DNA of 64,000 bases from Pseudomonadota bacterium (lineage in GTDB: Bacteria > Pseudomonadota > Alphaproteobacteria > Rickettsiales > UBA8987), in assembly GCA_048498735.1 (NCBI GenBank), contig JBEHXK010000003.1, positions 58,147 to 122,146 on the forward strand, read 5' to 3'. The translations under genes and the position numbers were made by a program. Shown here piece after piece: positions 1 to 9,964 of the stretch. Position 1 is the stretch's first letter. Each line of letters starts with the position of its first letter. The notes beneath the pieces were generated by a model that was given only the letters and a program-made list of their open reading frames with translations, was not told the DNA's origin and made no database searches.

Positions 1-755
1 AAAATACTACCTAGCGTCATATAAGAAAGCATTTCAAGTAACGCTGCAGGAGTTGTCGTAAATGCTGCGATTCTGTAATATTGGCTGAATTCTGCTCTCC
101 TAGGCTTAACTATAATAACTGCAAATATCATAGCGACCAAACTATAAATAACCGCAGAAAGTATATATCTTATGCTGAATAAGATCGTAAAGAACACCAG
201 AATCATTATAAATGGGGTTTGCAGTACTTGTTCCGTATCACGCAAGAAATCAGCCGTCAGAAATTGCCTGCTGCCATCAGCCTTTGTAGCAAAATATTTA
301 TCCAGGCTGATAGCCAGGTCTTCAGCAGCTACTATAAAAACCGTTTCGCTATTAGGCATTTTCATTTTAAGCCCATCTGAATCTATTATCAGAATGCCAG
401 AATATTCATTAATATCATTGATCTTGTTTTCTACATCTATAATAGCAACCGTATTGCCTGATTTACTAATAATGCTCTGATTCTGTGAAAGAGGCGTACT
501 TATTTTATCCTTCTTTATATCTATTTCAGGCAGTTGGTTGACTATATACTGAACATTTTCTTCGGCATCTGCGCTATTAAAGAAAGCCTTATTAATTAGA
601 ACTTTCAACTCAAACGCCAGCGGCACAGAGATCATGAACGAGAGCAGTAACAAATATCTTACGCCCGAAGCCCTTTTATTATGGAAAAGCCCCGCATAAA
701 ATAACCTGGAATAAAGTGACAGGTAAATTGAGTGTAAGTAATATCTGATCATCAT
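1..755 (-). CDS. DUF1189-like polytopic membrane protein (partial, runs off the window start)
   Basis: Minus-strand frame is open from ATG 755..753 to position 1. It is absent from the ORF track because it has no stop in the window. The N-terminus MMIRYYLHSIYLSLYSRLFYAGLFHNKRASGVRYLLLLSFMISV and later hydrophobic helices resemble DUF1189. Its ATG overlaps the kdsB stop (ATGA). Confidence 0.5.
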   Translation of the reverse strand, partial: MMIRYYLHSIYLSLYSRLFYAGLFHNKRASGVRYLLLLSFMISVPLAFELKVLINKAFFNSADAEENVQYIVNQLPEIDIKKDKISTPLSQNQSIISKSGNTVAIIDVENKINDINEYSGILIIDSDGLKMKMPNSETVFIVAAEDLAISLDKYFATKADGSRQFLTADFLRDTEQVLQTPFIMILVFFTILFSIRYILSAVIYSLVAMIFAVIIVKPRRAEFSQYYRIAAFTTTPAALLEMLSYMTLGSI

Positions 756-1486
756 GCTGGTTTAGATAATATATTTCTGGCCTTTTCCAAGTCTTCCTGC
801 GTATCAACACCAAGTGGCACAGTGTCTGATTTCACCACGCCTATCTTCATATCATTTTCAAGAGCACGTAATTGTTCCAGTTTTTCACGCTTTTCTAACT
901 CACTTACGGGCAGTTTTACAAATTTTTCTAAAGCTGCGGTTTTATACGCATAAAGCCCGATATGGTGGTAAAGTGGCCCCTCATTTGCAGGTGCTGTCGC
1001 ACGGGTGAAATAGAGTGCTTTGCCGGAATTATCATTTTTCCATGAAACCACAGCTTTTACCACGTTGGGATTGGTTTTTTCGCTTTCATTCTTTATCTCG
1101 CAAACCGCAGTTGTAATGTCATAATCACCGGTTTTAAGCAGATCTATTGTATCTTTTATAACTTTTGGCTCAATGGTCGGCAGATCACCTTGCAGGTTCA
1201 GAACTATATCAACCTTCTGATTTTGCTCGACTTTACCTAAGGCAGCCGCTATACGGTCAGTGCCTGATGGCAGGCTTGGGTCGGTCAATATGGCCTTTAC
1301 ACCTGCTTTCTCCACCGCCTGCGCTATTTCTTCCTCAGCAGCAGCAACATAAACATCAGAAACACCTGCTTCTAAAGCCCTTTTAACCACCTGAACTATC
1401 ATAGGAAAGCCCGCAATATCGGCAAGTGGCTTGCGCGGCAGGCGAGTTGAGCCCAGACGGGCGGGAATTAGGGTGATAATCCTCAA
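752..1486 (-). CDS. kdsB: 3-deoxy-manno-octulosonate cytidylyltransferase (CMP-KDO synthetase)
   Basis: 244 aa. The N-terminal MRIITLIPARLGSTRLPRKPL motif and overall length are typical of KdsB. Confidence 0.92.
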   Translation of the reverse strand: MRIITLIPARLGSTRLPRKPLADIAGFPMIVQVVKRALEAGVSDVYVAAAEEEIAQAVEKAGVKAILTDPSLPSGTDRIAAALGKVEQNQKVDIVLNLQGDLPTIEPKVIKDTIDLLKTGDYDITTAVCEIKNESEKTNPNVVKAVVSWKNDNSGKALYFTRATAPANEGPLYHHIGLYAYKTAALEKFVKLPVSELEKREKLEQLRALENDMKIGVVKSDTVPLGVDTQEDLEKARNILSKPA

Positions 1487-1564
1487 AATTATTATTGCAT
1501 TAAGGTTAAAGCTTATGTATAGGTACCGCTCAAATTTAAAAAAGCAAGATTTTTAGAGGATAAC

Positions 1565-1888
1565 ATGAAAGAAAATATCCACCCAGATTACCATGAAATC
1601 ACAGTTAAAATGACTGATGGTTCTTCATTCAAAACTTACTCTACATGGGGTAAAAAAGGTGATACGCTTCAGCTTGATACTGACATCCTGACTCACAATG
1701 CGTGGGTTGGTGGTAAAACTAAGATCAACGAACGCGCAGGCAATGTTGCGAAATTCAACCAGAAATTCGGTTCTATGAACCTTGCTTCTATGTCTGATAA
1801 GATCGGTAAATCAAATTCTCCTGCTCCTGCAGCTAAGAAAGATAAAAAAGCTGCCGCTCCTAAGAAAGAAGAAGCGAAGGCTGAGTAA
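1565..1888 (+). CDS. rpmE: 50S ribosomal protein L31 with K/A/P-rich C-terminal tail
   Basis: MKENIHPDYHEITV...STWGKKGDTLQLD...THNAWVGG is the Cys-less alphaproteobacterial-type L31 core. An extra ~35 aa tail reads APAAKKDKKAAAPKKEEAKAE. Confidence 0.92.
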   Translation: MKENIHPDYHEITVKMTDGSSFKTYSTWGKKGDTLQLDTDILTHNAWVGGKTKINERAGNVAKFNQKFGSMNLASMSDKIGKSNSPAPAAKKDKKAAAPKKEEAKAE

Positions 1889-1921
1889 AATAACTCTTTC
1901 TCTTGAAAGAATAATATTTAA

Positions 1922-1949
1922 AATCCCGCTATATGGCGGGATTTTTTTT
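1922..1949 (+). terminator. Rho-independent terminator after rpmE
   Basis: Stem aatcccgc / gcgggatt with a 6-nt loop, followed by a T-run. Confidence 0.75.
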
Positions 1950-1960
1950 GATTAGTTAAT

Positions 1961-2404
1961 ATGAAAAAAATTATCATGTATACAGATGGCGCATGTTCAG
2001 GCAATCCAGGAATGGGTGGCTGGGGAGCCGTTATGCTCTATGGTTCGCATGAGAAAGAAGTTTCCGGCATGGAAACTGAAACCACTAATAACCGCATGGA
2101 ATTGAAAGCTGCGATCGAAGGGCTTAACACATTAAAAGAGCCATGTCAGGTCGAACTATATACTGACAGCCAATATGTAAAGGAAGGCATTACAAGCTGG
2201 GTCAACACCTGGATCATAAATGATTGGAAGAATGCTAATCGTAAGCCGGTCAAAAATTCAGACCTGTGGCAGCAGTTAATCGAGGCAACAGGGAAACATA
2301 TCGTCAACTGGCACTGGGTACGCGGGCATGATGGTGTTGAACTGAACGAACGTGCCGATCGTTTGGCCCGAAAAGCTATCAAGGATGCTGTAACAGCTAA
2401 ATAA
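1961..2404 (+). CDS. rnhA: Ribonuclease HI
   Basis: 147 aa. [30 protein letters not shown] and NERAD motifs match the RNase H catalytic residue context. Confidence 0.92.
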   Translation: MKKIIMYTDGACSGNPGMGGWGAVMLYGSHEKEVSGMETETTNNRMELKAAIEGLNTLKEPCQVELYTDSQYVKEGITSWVNTWIINDWKNANRKPVKNSDLWQQLIEATGKHIVNWHWVRGHDGVELNERADRLARKAIKDAVTAK

Positions 2405-2462
2405 ATATTGATTTTAGGCTTAAAGCTAATATAAGCATTTCATATTAATATTTAGGGCACTT

Positions 2463-2885
2463 ATGGCAGTAGAAAGAACACTTTCAATCATTAAACCTGA
2501 TGCGACAAAGCGCAATCTGACAGGTAAAATCATCGATAAATTCGAAACTAACAATCTTCGCATCGTTGCTTCAAAACGTATGCACCTAAGCCGTCGTGAA
2601 GCTAGGCTTTTCTACAACGTGCATAAAGATCGTCCTTTCTTTGATGATCTGGTTGAGTTCATGGTGAGCGAGCCTATAGTAGTTCAGGTTCTTGAAGGGG
2701 AAAATGCAGTTGCAAAAAACCGTGAGATCATGGGCGCAACTGACCCTGAGAAAGCAGAAAAAGGCACTATCCGTAAAGAATTCGCACTGAGCATCGGTGA
2801 AAATTCCGTTCACGGTTCTGATTCAAAAGAAAACGCAGCGCGCGAGATCAAATTCTTCTTCAGCGATTGCGAATTAGTTGGCTAG
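2463..2885 (+). CDS. ndk: Nucleoside diphosphate kinase
   Basis: 140 aa. [11 protein letters not shown] and the NSVHGSDS active-site His motif are present. Confidence 0.95.
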   Translation: MAVERTLSIIKPDATKRNLTGKIIDKFETNNLRIVASKRMHLSRREARLFYNVHKDRPFFDDLVEFMVSEPIVVQVLEGENAVAKNREIMGATDPEKAEKGTIRKEFALSIGENSVHGSDSKENAAREIKFFFSDCELVG

Positions 2886-3461
2886 ATGCTGCTTGAATCT
2901 AAAGATCAAATCAGAGAGATCTTTAGAAAAAAACGTGCAGCGCTTAACACAAAAAAGCAGAAGTTATATAGCCGGGAGATAGCAAAGAATTTCTTTGCCA
3001 ATATAAGCATTGCACCCGCATCCACCATTGCAATATATATACCTTTTGAGCATGAGGTAGATGTTACCTTACTTTCAGAGCTCTATGCTGAAACGGGTCA
3101 TACACTATGCCTGCCATGTGTTGATGAAAAAGATGCGCCTATGGTTTTTAGAAAATATATTAAGGGAACGCCGCTGGTTAAAAACCGCCTGGTGAATATT
3201 ATGGAACCACCGCACAATTTCCCTGAAGTTTCCCCGAATGTTATAATTGTTCCGCTCATCGCGTTTGATTCTGCAGGAACCAGACTTGGTATGGGTGCTG
3301 GTTATTATGATCGCACCTTTGATTATCTTTCGGGCTTTTCTGAATTCATTGCCATTGGTGTTGCCTTTTCATGCCAGCAAACACCTTATATAAAGCCGGA
3401 AGCCCACGATTATAAACTTGATGCACTTGTGACTGAGAAAAAAGTTTTCGTATTTAGTTGA
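2886..3461 (+). CDS. 5-formyltetrahydrofolate cyclo-ligase
   Basis: 191 aa with the C-terminal GMGAGYYDR motif of the MTHFS family. The start abuts the ndk stop with a 0-nt gap. Confidence 0.8.
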   Translation: MLLESKDQIREIFRKKRAALNTKKQKLYSREIAKNFFANISIAPASTIAIYIPFEHEVDVTLLSELYAETGHTLCLPCVDEKDAPMVFRKYIKGTPLVKNRLVNIMEPPHNFPEVSPNVIIVPLIAFDSAGTRLGMGAGYYDRTFDYLSGFSEFIAIGVAFSCQQTPYIKPEAHDYKLDALVTEKKVFVFS

Positions 3462-3933
3462 TGGCAATATAAGGATTTTTGATCTTAAAATCCTTTTTTA
3501 GAATTTCTATTTCCATCTCTTCCATTTCCTTGGCCTGTTTTTTCTTTTCATGGTCAAAGCCAAGCAAATGCAGCGTTGAATGCACTACCAGATGCGTTAT
3601 GTGATCCAACACATCCTTCCCCTGCTCCGCTGCTTCTTCTGCAAATTTCTCATATGAAAGCACCATCTCACCAAGAATATGAGTAAACGAATTTTTTTCC
3701 ATCAACTCACCCTTGCGATAGCGAATAAAAGGAAATGTCAGAACATTAGTGGCGTAATCTTTCTTGCGATAAGTACGATTCAGGCTCTGGATGACGTGAT
3801 TATCAGTTATAACGACAGAAATTTCCTTATCCTTCAACTCTGCGGTAAGCTTTAGATATTTTATTGCGGAATTGATCGCCTTCTCAATCAGCTCACTGAG
3901 CTTTTGGCGATTCTTCAATGGTAACGCCGCCAC
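3454..3933 (-). CDS. ybeY: rRNA maturation endoribonuclease YbeY
   Basis: HLVVHSTLHLLGFDH zinc-binding H-x3-H-x5-H motif. The ORF-track start at 4029 would overlap the upstream gene by 137 nt, so GTG at 3933 or TTG at 3918 is more plausible. The start remains uncertain. Confidence 0.8.
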   Translation of the reverse strand: MAALPLKNRQKLSELIEKAINSAIKYLKLTAELKDKEISVVITDNHVIQSLNRTYRKKDYATNVLTFPFIRYRKGELMEKNSFTHILGEMVLSYEKFAEEAAEQGKDVLDHITHLVVHSTLHLLGFDHEKKKQAKEMEEMEIEILKKDFKIKNPYIAIN

Positions 3934-4639
3934 TTGCTGGGCTGTTTTGGTCAAGCGAGCCGCTTGCTTTAACGGAACCTGGGAGGGTTCCTTGTTGTTC
4001 TTCAACTGATACTGGATTTCCACTTTCATTCTTTACACCTTCAATCTGGCTGCTGCCTTTAATACGAACATAGCTTACAACCTTTTGTACACCAGAAACC
4101 TTGCTTGCTATATCTGTTACTTTCTCAAGTTCAGTTTTATTCTGCGCAATACCCATCAGATACACAACGCCACGTATAGTTTCAACGGAATAATTCACCG
4201 ATTGAACATCTTTTGCAAATAATAGGCGCGAACCAATTTGTGTACTTATCCAACTATCAGAAGCCGCCTGTTTAGCTGAGAATTGCGTGTTCTTTTCAAC
4301 CCGCACTTCATTTATAACCTGAGTCACGCCCTGAATTTTCCAGGCAAGGTTATATGCATTTATCTTTGCTTCCTGGGTTGGCACAAAACCTGTCAGAAGC
4401 ACACGCCCTTCAACCGTATTCACTTTTACATTTTTTAGATCTTCACTATGTGCATCACGTAGATAATCCATGTTGATACTTGCAGTAATATTCGTATCGC
4501 TCAATGTTTGTTTCACCGGCCTTTCCTGTGATGCGGTATAGCCTGCTGCACCTGCGCCGCCTGCAATAATAACCGGCAGGCATGAGGTTTGTGAAAGAGC
4601 CGTCATTGAAAAAAGGGAAATGATTAAAAGTTTTTTCAT
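3893..4639 (-). CDS. BON-domain lipoprotein (DolP/YraP-like)
   Basis: MKKLLIISLFSMTALSQTSC signal peptide plus lipobox, followed by two BON-like repeats and a Ser/Gly/Pro-rich tail. The start is taken at 4639, directly after the yraN stop. Confidence 0.72.
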   Translation of the reverse strand: MKKLLIISLFSMTALSQTSCLPVIIAGGAGAAGYTASQERPVKQTLSDTNITASINMDYLRDAHSEDLKNVKVNTVEGRVLLTGFVPTQEAKINAYNLAWKIQGVTQVINEVRVEKNTQFSAKQAASDSWISTQIGSRLLFAKDVQSVNYSVETIRGVVYLMGIAQNKTELEKVTDIASKVSGVQKVVSYVRIKGSSQIEGVKNESGNPVSVEEQQGTLPGSVKASGSLDQNSPASGGVTIEESPKAQ

Positions 4640-4995
4640 ATAACCCATGAATTTTTTATATGCTTTATTGATAGTGGCGGTTTGAAAATTATCAAGTCAA
4701 AGCGGCAATTATGGCCTTCAAACCTGCTATTTTTCTGTAAAAATAATTTTGCTGCATCACCTATGCGCCTCTGTTGGTTTGCTGAAAGAACCTCACTAAC
4801 ATCGGTTTTACGCGCCTTAACTTCTACAAAGACCAGCATGTTTCCTCTACACGCTATAATATCAATCTCACCTAAAGTGGTTTTCATGCGCCATGCAAGC
4901 ACTCGATGAAATGTTAAGAACAAGTATATTATTACGAATAACTCAGCTAAAAGGCCGAATTTAAAAGCCTTAAGCTTCGCCTTTTTATTATTCAC
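4636..4995 (-). CDS. yraN: YraN family (UPF0102) endonuclease-like protein
   Basis: GEIDIIACRGNMLVFVEVKARK core motif. A GTG start at 4995 gives ~119 aa and only an 8-nt overlap with the upstream gene. Confidence 0.78.
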   Translation of the reverse strand: MNNKKAKLKAFKFGLLAELFVIIYLFLTFHRVLAWRMKTTLGEIDIIACRGNMLVFVEVKARKTDVSEVLSANQQRRIGDAAKLFLQKNSRFEGHNCRFDLIIFKPPLSIKHIKNSWVI

Positions 4996-5842
4996 GAGGG
5001 ATAAGTTTCCTGATCTCGCGCTCAACAATATCACGCACGATTGTTTCAAGATTTGAATCAAGCCATTCTTTCAGAAGCGGCTTCATTGTTTCCATCACCA
5101 AGTCTTCAATGGTTATTGCATTGCGGAATGCCGGTGAATCAATTGCCGGCTTCGGCAGATTGTTCAACAGGCCCTGAATAGCTTTGCTAGAACGGGCTGC
5201 AATATCCTGCGATAAAATGTTTTCTCTTTTTTCTGTGTCCATAGCGCTTGGCTTCTGAGAAGTTATTATATTAGAGTTGGATAGCTCTGTGAATTGTTTT
5301 TTCGGCTCAACTACCGGTTCAGGCTTATTTTGTACCGGCGCTTGTGCCAGATTTGCATTAGCTTCAACAGCTTGTGGTGGTGCAGTTACTGCTTCTGGTG
5401 CAGAAAGCTCTGCAGCTATCTTTGCCTGCATATCTTCTAAAACTGCCGCATCTGGAGTCTGTTCTGCCGCGTTTTCTACAGCCGCTTCAATCGTTGGAGC
5501 AGTTGCTTCAACCACACCTTCATTCTTATATTCAGCTTCCAATGCCTGATCTATCTCCTGCAGAAGGTCTACGAATTTTTCTTCTTCCGGCTGCGCTACC
5601 TCTGCAGCATTTGTCATCTGTGCTTCAGTGGGTTGGGATGTTTCTGCCACTGAATCTGCTTCTACTATCTCGGTCAGTTCCAGAGCATCTTCATCTTCTT
5701 CCGGCTCTGCTGCTTTAGTTACTACGGGCTTTTTATCATCTTCTATAACAATTTTCTCTTTTCCAGAGACCATGCTCTTTATCTTCGATAAAATACTAGC
5801 CACGCTTTCGTTTTCCTGTTCTTTAGGTTGAGGTTTTGCCAT
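4988..5842 (-). CDS. Acidic low-complexity protein with a DUF2497/PopZ-like C-terminal domain
   Basis: The body is Pro/Ala/Glu-rich. The conserved C-terminal block is IEDLVMETMKPLLKEWLDSNLETIVRDIVEREIRKL, as in the DUF2497 (PopZ C-terminal) family. Confidence 0.6.
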   Translation of the reverse strand: MAKPQPKEQENESVASILSKIKSMVSGKEKIVIEDDKKPVVTKAAEPEEDEDALELTEIVEADSVAETSQPTEAQMTNAAEVAQPEEEKFVDLLQEIDQALEAEYKNEGVVEATAPTIEAAVENAAEQTPDAAVLEDMQAKIAAELSAPEAVTAPPQAVEANANLAQAPVQNKPEPVVEPKKQFTELSNSNIITSQKPSAMDTEKRENILSQDIAARSSKAIQGLLNNLPKPAIDSPAFRNAITIEDLVMETMKPLLKEWLDSNLETIVRDIVEREIRKLIPRE

Positions 5843-5869
5843 AATAATTCTTAAGGTTATTATGGTATA

Positions 5870-7594
5870 TTATAAACCTATTAATTTAAATCTAGTGTTT
5901 TTATAATGTTCTGACGAATCATAGTCTTTTACAGGCAGACCAAGCTGACTTGGGGTCAGATCACCAAGCACTGCTTTCAGGTTATAAATAGATATGACAG
6001 AATCTTTTATAGCACGCGCATGAGAAGTTTCTGCGGTGAATCTTTCCTGTTCAGCATCTAACACATCAAGAATCGTACGCGCACCTTCTTTCTGCTCTTC
6101 CCTTACACCTTCAAGTGCAAATTCAGATGCAGTCAGGCTGGATTTTGTCGCATCGATATTTGCAGCACTGGTAGATATCTGCTGCCACGCTTGTTGCAGA
6201 GCACTTTTAATCGTATTCACCATATCATTATATTGCTGGCGAGCTTGATTTCTGCGGTCACGTGCTTCACGAGTTTTTGAATAATCAATACCGGCATCAT
6301 AGATCGGCACGGTCACCTGAACACCTAAACTTTGTCCCTCAGTTTCATAATTGCCGAATATCGAAGGGGTTTGAGATTTATATAGAGAACCATTCATATC
6401 CACCTGAGGCAATAGCTGTGAACGTTTTGCATTGATATCATTATCAGCGCCTTCAACCAGATATTTTAATTGTACCACCTGAGGGTTATTATTTAATGCA
6501 AGCTTCATTGCATCATCAAAAGTTGCAGGTATATCAGGCAGGTTTGCAGGCATTGGCAATCTTTCAGGAGCATCAACTAAAAATATCTTTTTGAAATTTG
6601 CCTGCGCATTCACAAAATCACCTTGGGAAAGAACACGACTAGAACGTGCATTTGAAAGGCGCGCTTCACTTTGGGCAACGTCAGTTTTAGTCGCATCACC
6701 AACATCAAATCTCTGGCGAGATGCTTTTAACTGCTCATCAAGAACTTTTTCATTATTGATCGCAAGTTCCAAAACTTTTTGCGTATAGATGTAATTTATA
6801 TAAGCAGTGATAGCATCAAGCAGGAATTGCTGTTCAGTATTTTTTAATTCATGTTGAGCAGCAAGAACGCGTTTCTGCGCTGCTTTCACAGCAAAATATA
6901 TTTCACCGCTTCCCCATATCCCTTGGCTCAGGTTAAGCGCTTCAGTGTATGGATAATAATTATCTTTTGGCGCACCATTAAAACCTAGTTTCTGATAGCT
7001 TTTATTATAGGTCGCATCAAGTTTAGGCAGATAGCCCGATTCAGCCTGAAACACCGATTCATCTGCAGCACGCAATGCATCACGGGCTGAATTTATGCCT
7101 GGGTTTTTCTCATAAGCCACGGCAAGATAAGTTTCCATCGTCTGCCCATTTACAGGCGCACTACCAAATTGCTCCTGGAATGAACCTTGCGCCTTCACTT
7201 CATCGCTGTTCTTAACTACAGACTGCGCGGCAACAGGTTGAGCAGCAGGCTCCTGACCCACTGGTTGCACTACCGGAACCGGAGTTGGAGCTGCAGCTTG
7301 TGCTGCTGAGCTATCATTCACGTATGAATAAATATCCTGCTCTTGTTTTTTCTGCATTGAAGCTGGAATCTGCAGCGTTTGTACGTTTTGCTGCGGTTGT
7401 GGCGTCACTACCGGAGCTGGCGATACAGATTGCTCGGTTTCTTGCAATTGTGGTTGCGGCTGCCCAGTAATGATAGCCATATTCTGTTCTGGCATTGGCG
7501 CCTGAGCCTGCGAATTATTATAGTCCTGTGCAAAACTGCTTACTGGAAAAATAGAAGCAACAAGAGCCAGCTTCCAAAACTTATTGAGATTCAT
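5870..7594 (-). CDS. tolC: TolC-family outer membrane efflux protein with a long P/Q-rich N-terminal linker
   Basis: Signal peptide [22 protein letters not shown], then ~130 aa of Pro/Gln/Ala/Val-rich sequence, then ~420 aa with the two tandem OEP repeats typical of TolC. Confidence 0.85.
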   Translation of the reverse strand: MNLNKFWKLALVASIFPVSSFAQDYNNSQAQAPMPEQNMAIITGQPQPQLQETEQSVSPAPVVTPQPQQNVQTLQIPASMQKKQEQDIYSYVNDSSAAQAAAPTPVPVVQPVGQEPAAQPVAAQSVVKNSDEVKAQGSFQEQFGSAPVNGQTMETYLAVAYEKNPGINSARDALRAADESVFQAESGYLPKLDATYNKSYQKLGFNGAPKDNYYPYTEALNLSQGIWGSGEIYFAVKAAQKRVLAAQHELKNTEQQFLLDAITAYINYIYTQKVLELAINNEKVLDEQLKASRQRFDVGDATKTDVAQSEARLSNARSSRVLSQGDFVNAQANFKKIFLVDAPERLPMPANLPDIPATFDDAMKLALNNNPQVVQLKYLVEGADNDINAKRSQLLPQVDMNGSLYKSQTPSIFGNYETEGQSLGVQVTVPIYDAGIDYSKTREARDRRNQARQQYNDMVNTIKSALQQAWQQISTSAANIDATKSSLTASEFALEGVREEQKEGARTILDVLDAEQERFTAETSHARAIKDSVISIYNLKAVLGDLTPSQLGLPVKDYDSSEHYKNTRFKLIGL

Positions 7595-8912
7595 ATACCA
7601 CTTCCCCGGAGATGAATGTTTTTAATACCCTGCCCCTCAGGGTTTTCCCATCAAACGGGCAATTCATTGCCTTGCCCGCAAAATTCTCAGGATCAACCTG
7701 CCAATTGGTTTTTATATCAACCAGAATTAAATCTGCAATACAACCCTTTTTTATCTGGCCCTTATTTTTAAGATTTAAAAACTGCGCCGGATTGTAACTT
7801 AGTAATTTAAATATCTGACTTAAACCAAACCCTGATGGGATGAGGTTAGATAATGCAGCTGATAACATAGTTTCAAGCCCCACTACACCAAATTCTGCAG
7901 AAGCCAGTGGAAGGCGCTTCTGATCTACCGATCGTGGGCTATGATTTGATGTTATAAAGTCGATCACACCATCTTTAAGTGCTTTTATAAGAGCCTTTCT
8001 ATCTTTTTCTGTTCTATATGGCGGATTTGATTTTGCGAAGGTGCGGTAGTTATTTGCCTCATTTTCCGTCAGCGCTAGATGTCCTGATGTTACGGAAGCC
8101 GTTACACTAAGTTTTTTTGCTTTGGCATTTTTTATCGATTCGAGTGCTTCTTCTGCTGAAATATTAAGTGCATGATATTTACCTTTGGTAAGTTCAACTA
8201 TGGCTAGGTCTCTATCCAACCCGATTTTCTCTGCTATCGCAGGAATTCCTGAAACACCAAGTCTTGTTGATATTTCACCCTCATTGATAACACCATCTTC
8301 ACTTAAATATTTATCACCAGGTTGGCTTACCACCACCGCATCGAAGTCTGATGAATATTCAAGCGCGCGCCTGAATACCAGTGAGTCACTTATTATATTG
8401 GAACCATCGCTGAAACCTGTTACTCCGGCTTTTTTCATCAGGCCCATTTCAGTTATTTCCCTGCCTTCAAGCCCCCTTGTCACCGCACCGAACAGGCTGA
8501 CATTGCAAACTGCCTTTTCAATCGCACGGTTCTTTACATATTCAACCATCGCAGTTGTATCTATCACCGGCTTTGTATCAGGAATAATATTTATCGTTGT
8601 CACACCACCGGCAACCGCGGCTTGCGTAACTTGAAGCAAGTTTTCCTTATAACTGCCACCAGGCTCACCTATATGCACCTGCACATCTATGATCCCGGGC
8701 GCAAGTAACATTCCTTTGCAGTCAATTACTGAAATTTCATTATTTACCTTTGGCGTTTCTTTCTCTTTATACACATGTTTGATAATGCCCTTCTCTATTA
8801 GAACGTGGCCTTTGAATTCCTTTCCACCTTGAACGTCAACAATCAGCGCGTTTGTCAGCAGAACATCTTTTGCTTCTGTAGGTTTTGAAAATTTCCTGGT
8901 TATTTTTGTCAT
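7581..8912 (-). CDS. Dihydroorotase-like protein, probably non-catalytic (PyrC-prime type)
   Basis: 443 aa amidohydrolase/DHOase fold overlapping pyrB by 4 nt. The metal-binding D-x-H-x-H is DVQVH here, and the catalytic DHAPH block is SNHSPR. Confidence 0.82.
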   Translation of the reverse strand: MTKITRKFSKPTEAKDVLLTNALIVDVQGGKEFKGHVLIEKGIIKHVYKEKETPKVNNEISVIDCKGMLLAPGIIDVQVHIGEPGGSYKENLLQVTQAAVAGGVTTINIIPDTKPVIDTTAMVEYVKNRAIEKAVCNVSLFGAVTRGLEGREITEMGLMKKAGVTGFSDGSNIISDSLVFRRALEYSSDFDAVVVSQPGDKYLSEDGVINEGEISTRLGVSGIPAIAEKIGLDRDLAIVELTKGKYHALNISAEEALESIKNAKAKKLSVTASVTSGHLALTENEANNYRTFAKSNPPYRTEKDRKALIKALKDGVIDFITSNHSPRSVDQKRLPLASAEFGVVGLETMLSAALSNLIPSGFGLSQIFKLLSYNPAQFLNLKNKGQIKKGCIADLILVDIKTNWQVDPENFAGKAMNCPFDGKTLRGRVLKTFISGEVVYESQ

Positions 8913-9847
8913 TGGCCAGCTCCGTTAAGTGCTTCCAGAATTGCCTGACGCAGTGCCACACCCATTTCTACCTGCTCAAGTATCAAACTCTGCGTAATAT
9001 CATCTGCGATCTCAGAATCAATTTCCACACCGCGGTTTATTGGCCCCGGATGCATCACGAACGCATTAGGTTTAGCTTTATCAAGCTTTCTTCTGTCCAA
9101 GCCGAAGTAATAGAAATATTCGCGCTCACTTGGTATAAAGCCTTTTGTCATGCGCTCTTTCTGTAAGCGCAACATCATAACAATGTCAGCCCCTTCGATT
9201 GCTTTATCCAGATTATTATAAACCTTCACCCCAAGCTTTTCGATCTTTGCCGGCAGTAATGTTTTTGGCGCAGCAAGGCTTACTTCAGCACCCATTTTAG
9301 TAAGCAGTTCGATATTTGAGCGCGCCACACGGCTGTGCCTGATATCACCCGATATCACTACTTTCAGTTTTTTGAAATTACCATGTTCTCTTTTTATAGT
9401 GAGGGCATCAAGGAGTGCTTGTGTTGGGTGGTTTGCCCAACCATCACCCGCATTTATCACCGAGCAATTCACTTTTTGCGATAGCAATTCTGCTGCCCCA
9501 CTTTCACTATGGCGCACCACAATGAAATCCGGGTTCATAGCATTTAATGTCAGAGCGGTATCAAGAAGCGTTTCGCCTTTCTTAGTTGATGATGTCTCAA
9601 CATCCATATTGATCACATCAGCGCCAAGGCGTTTGCCCGCCAATTCAAATGATGTACGTGTACGCGTCGAGTTTTCGAAGAAGAGGTTGATAAGCGTTTT
9701 TCCTTCAAGAGTTTTGAAGGATTTTTTAGCTTTGCGATTCTGGATTATGTATTTTTCGGAAAGAGAAAGGATATGTTCAATATCATCTTTGGAGAGAGAT
9801 TTTATGTCGATCAAGTGCCTGTGACTGAATCTGTAACCCGCTGCCAT
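8909..9847 (-). CDS. pyrB: Aspartate carbamoyltransferase catalytic subunit
   Basis: 312 aa with STRTRTSFE and HPTQ motifs. Confidence 0.95.
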   Translation of the reverse strand: MAAGYRFSHRHLIDIKSLSKDDIEHILSLSEKYIIQNRKAKKSFKTLEGKTLINLFFENSTRTRTSFELAGKRLGADVINMDVETSSTKKGETLLDTALTLNAMNPDFIVVRHSESGAAELLSQKVNCSVINAGDGWANHPTQALLDALTIKREHGNFKKLKVVISGDIRHSRVARSNIELLTKMGAEVSLAAPKTLLPAKIEKLGVKVYNNLDKAIEGADIVMMLRLQKERMTKGFIPSEREYFYYFGLDRRKLDKAKPNAFVMHPGPINRGVEIDSEIADDITQSLILEQVEMGVALRQAILEALNGAGQ

Positions 9848-9964
9848 ATATGATTTTTAGACACGCTTTCTAACTTAAAAGCAAGTTTTTGGCAAGGATA
9901 ATCTCTGAAATAATCTATAAATAAGCCAAACCGTGCCAAAACCGCACTTCAAATAAGCATGTAA

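Noticed and set aside
172-480. 102-aa plus-strand ORF at the window start.
   Set aside because: It is antisense to the open DUF1189-like frame that continues the kdsB operon, and its translation is not protein-like.
5277-5831. Three long plus-strand ORFs antisense to the PopZ-like gene.
   Set aside because: The Ala/Ser/Leu-rich translations are typical of the reverse strand of a GAA/GCT-rich acidic gene. They have no starts with an SD and overlap each other.
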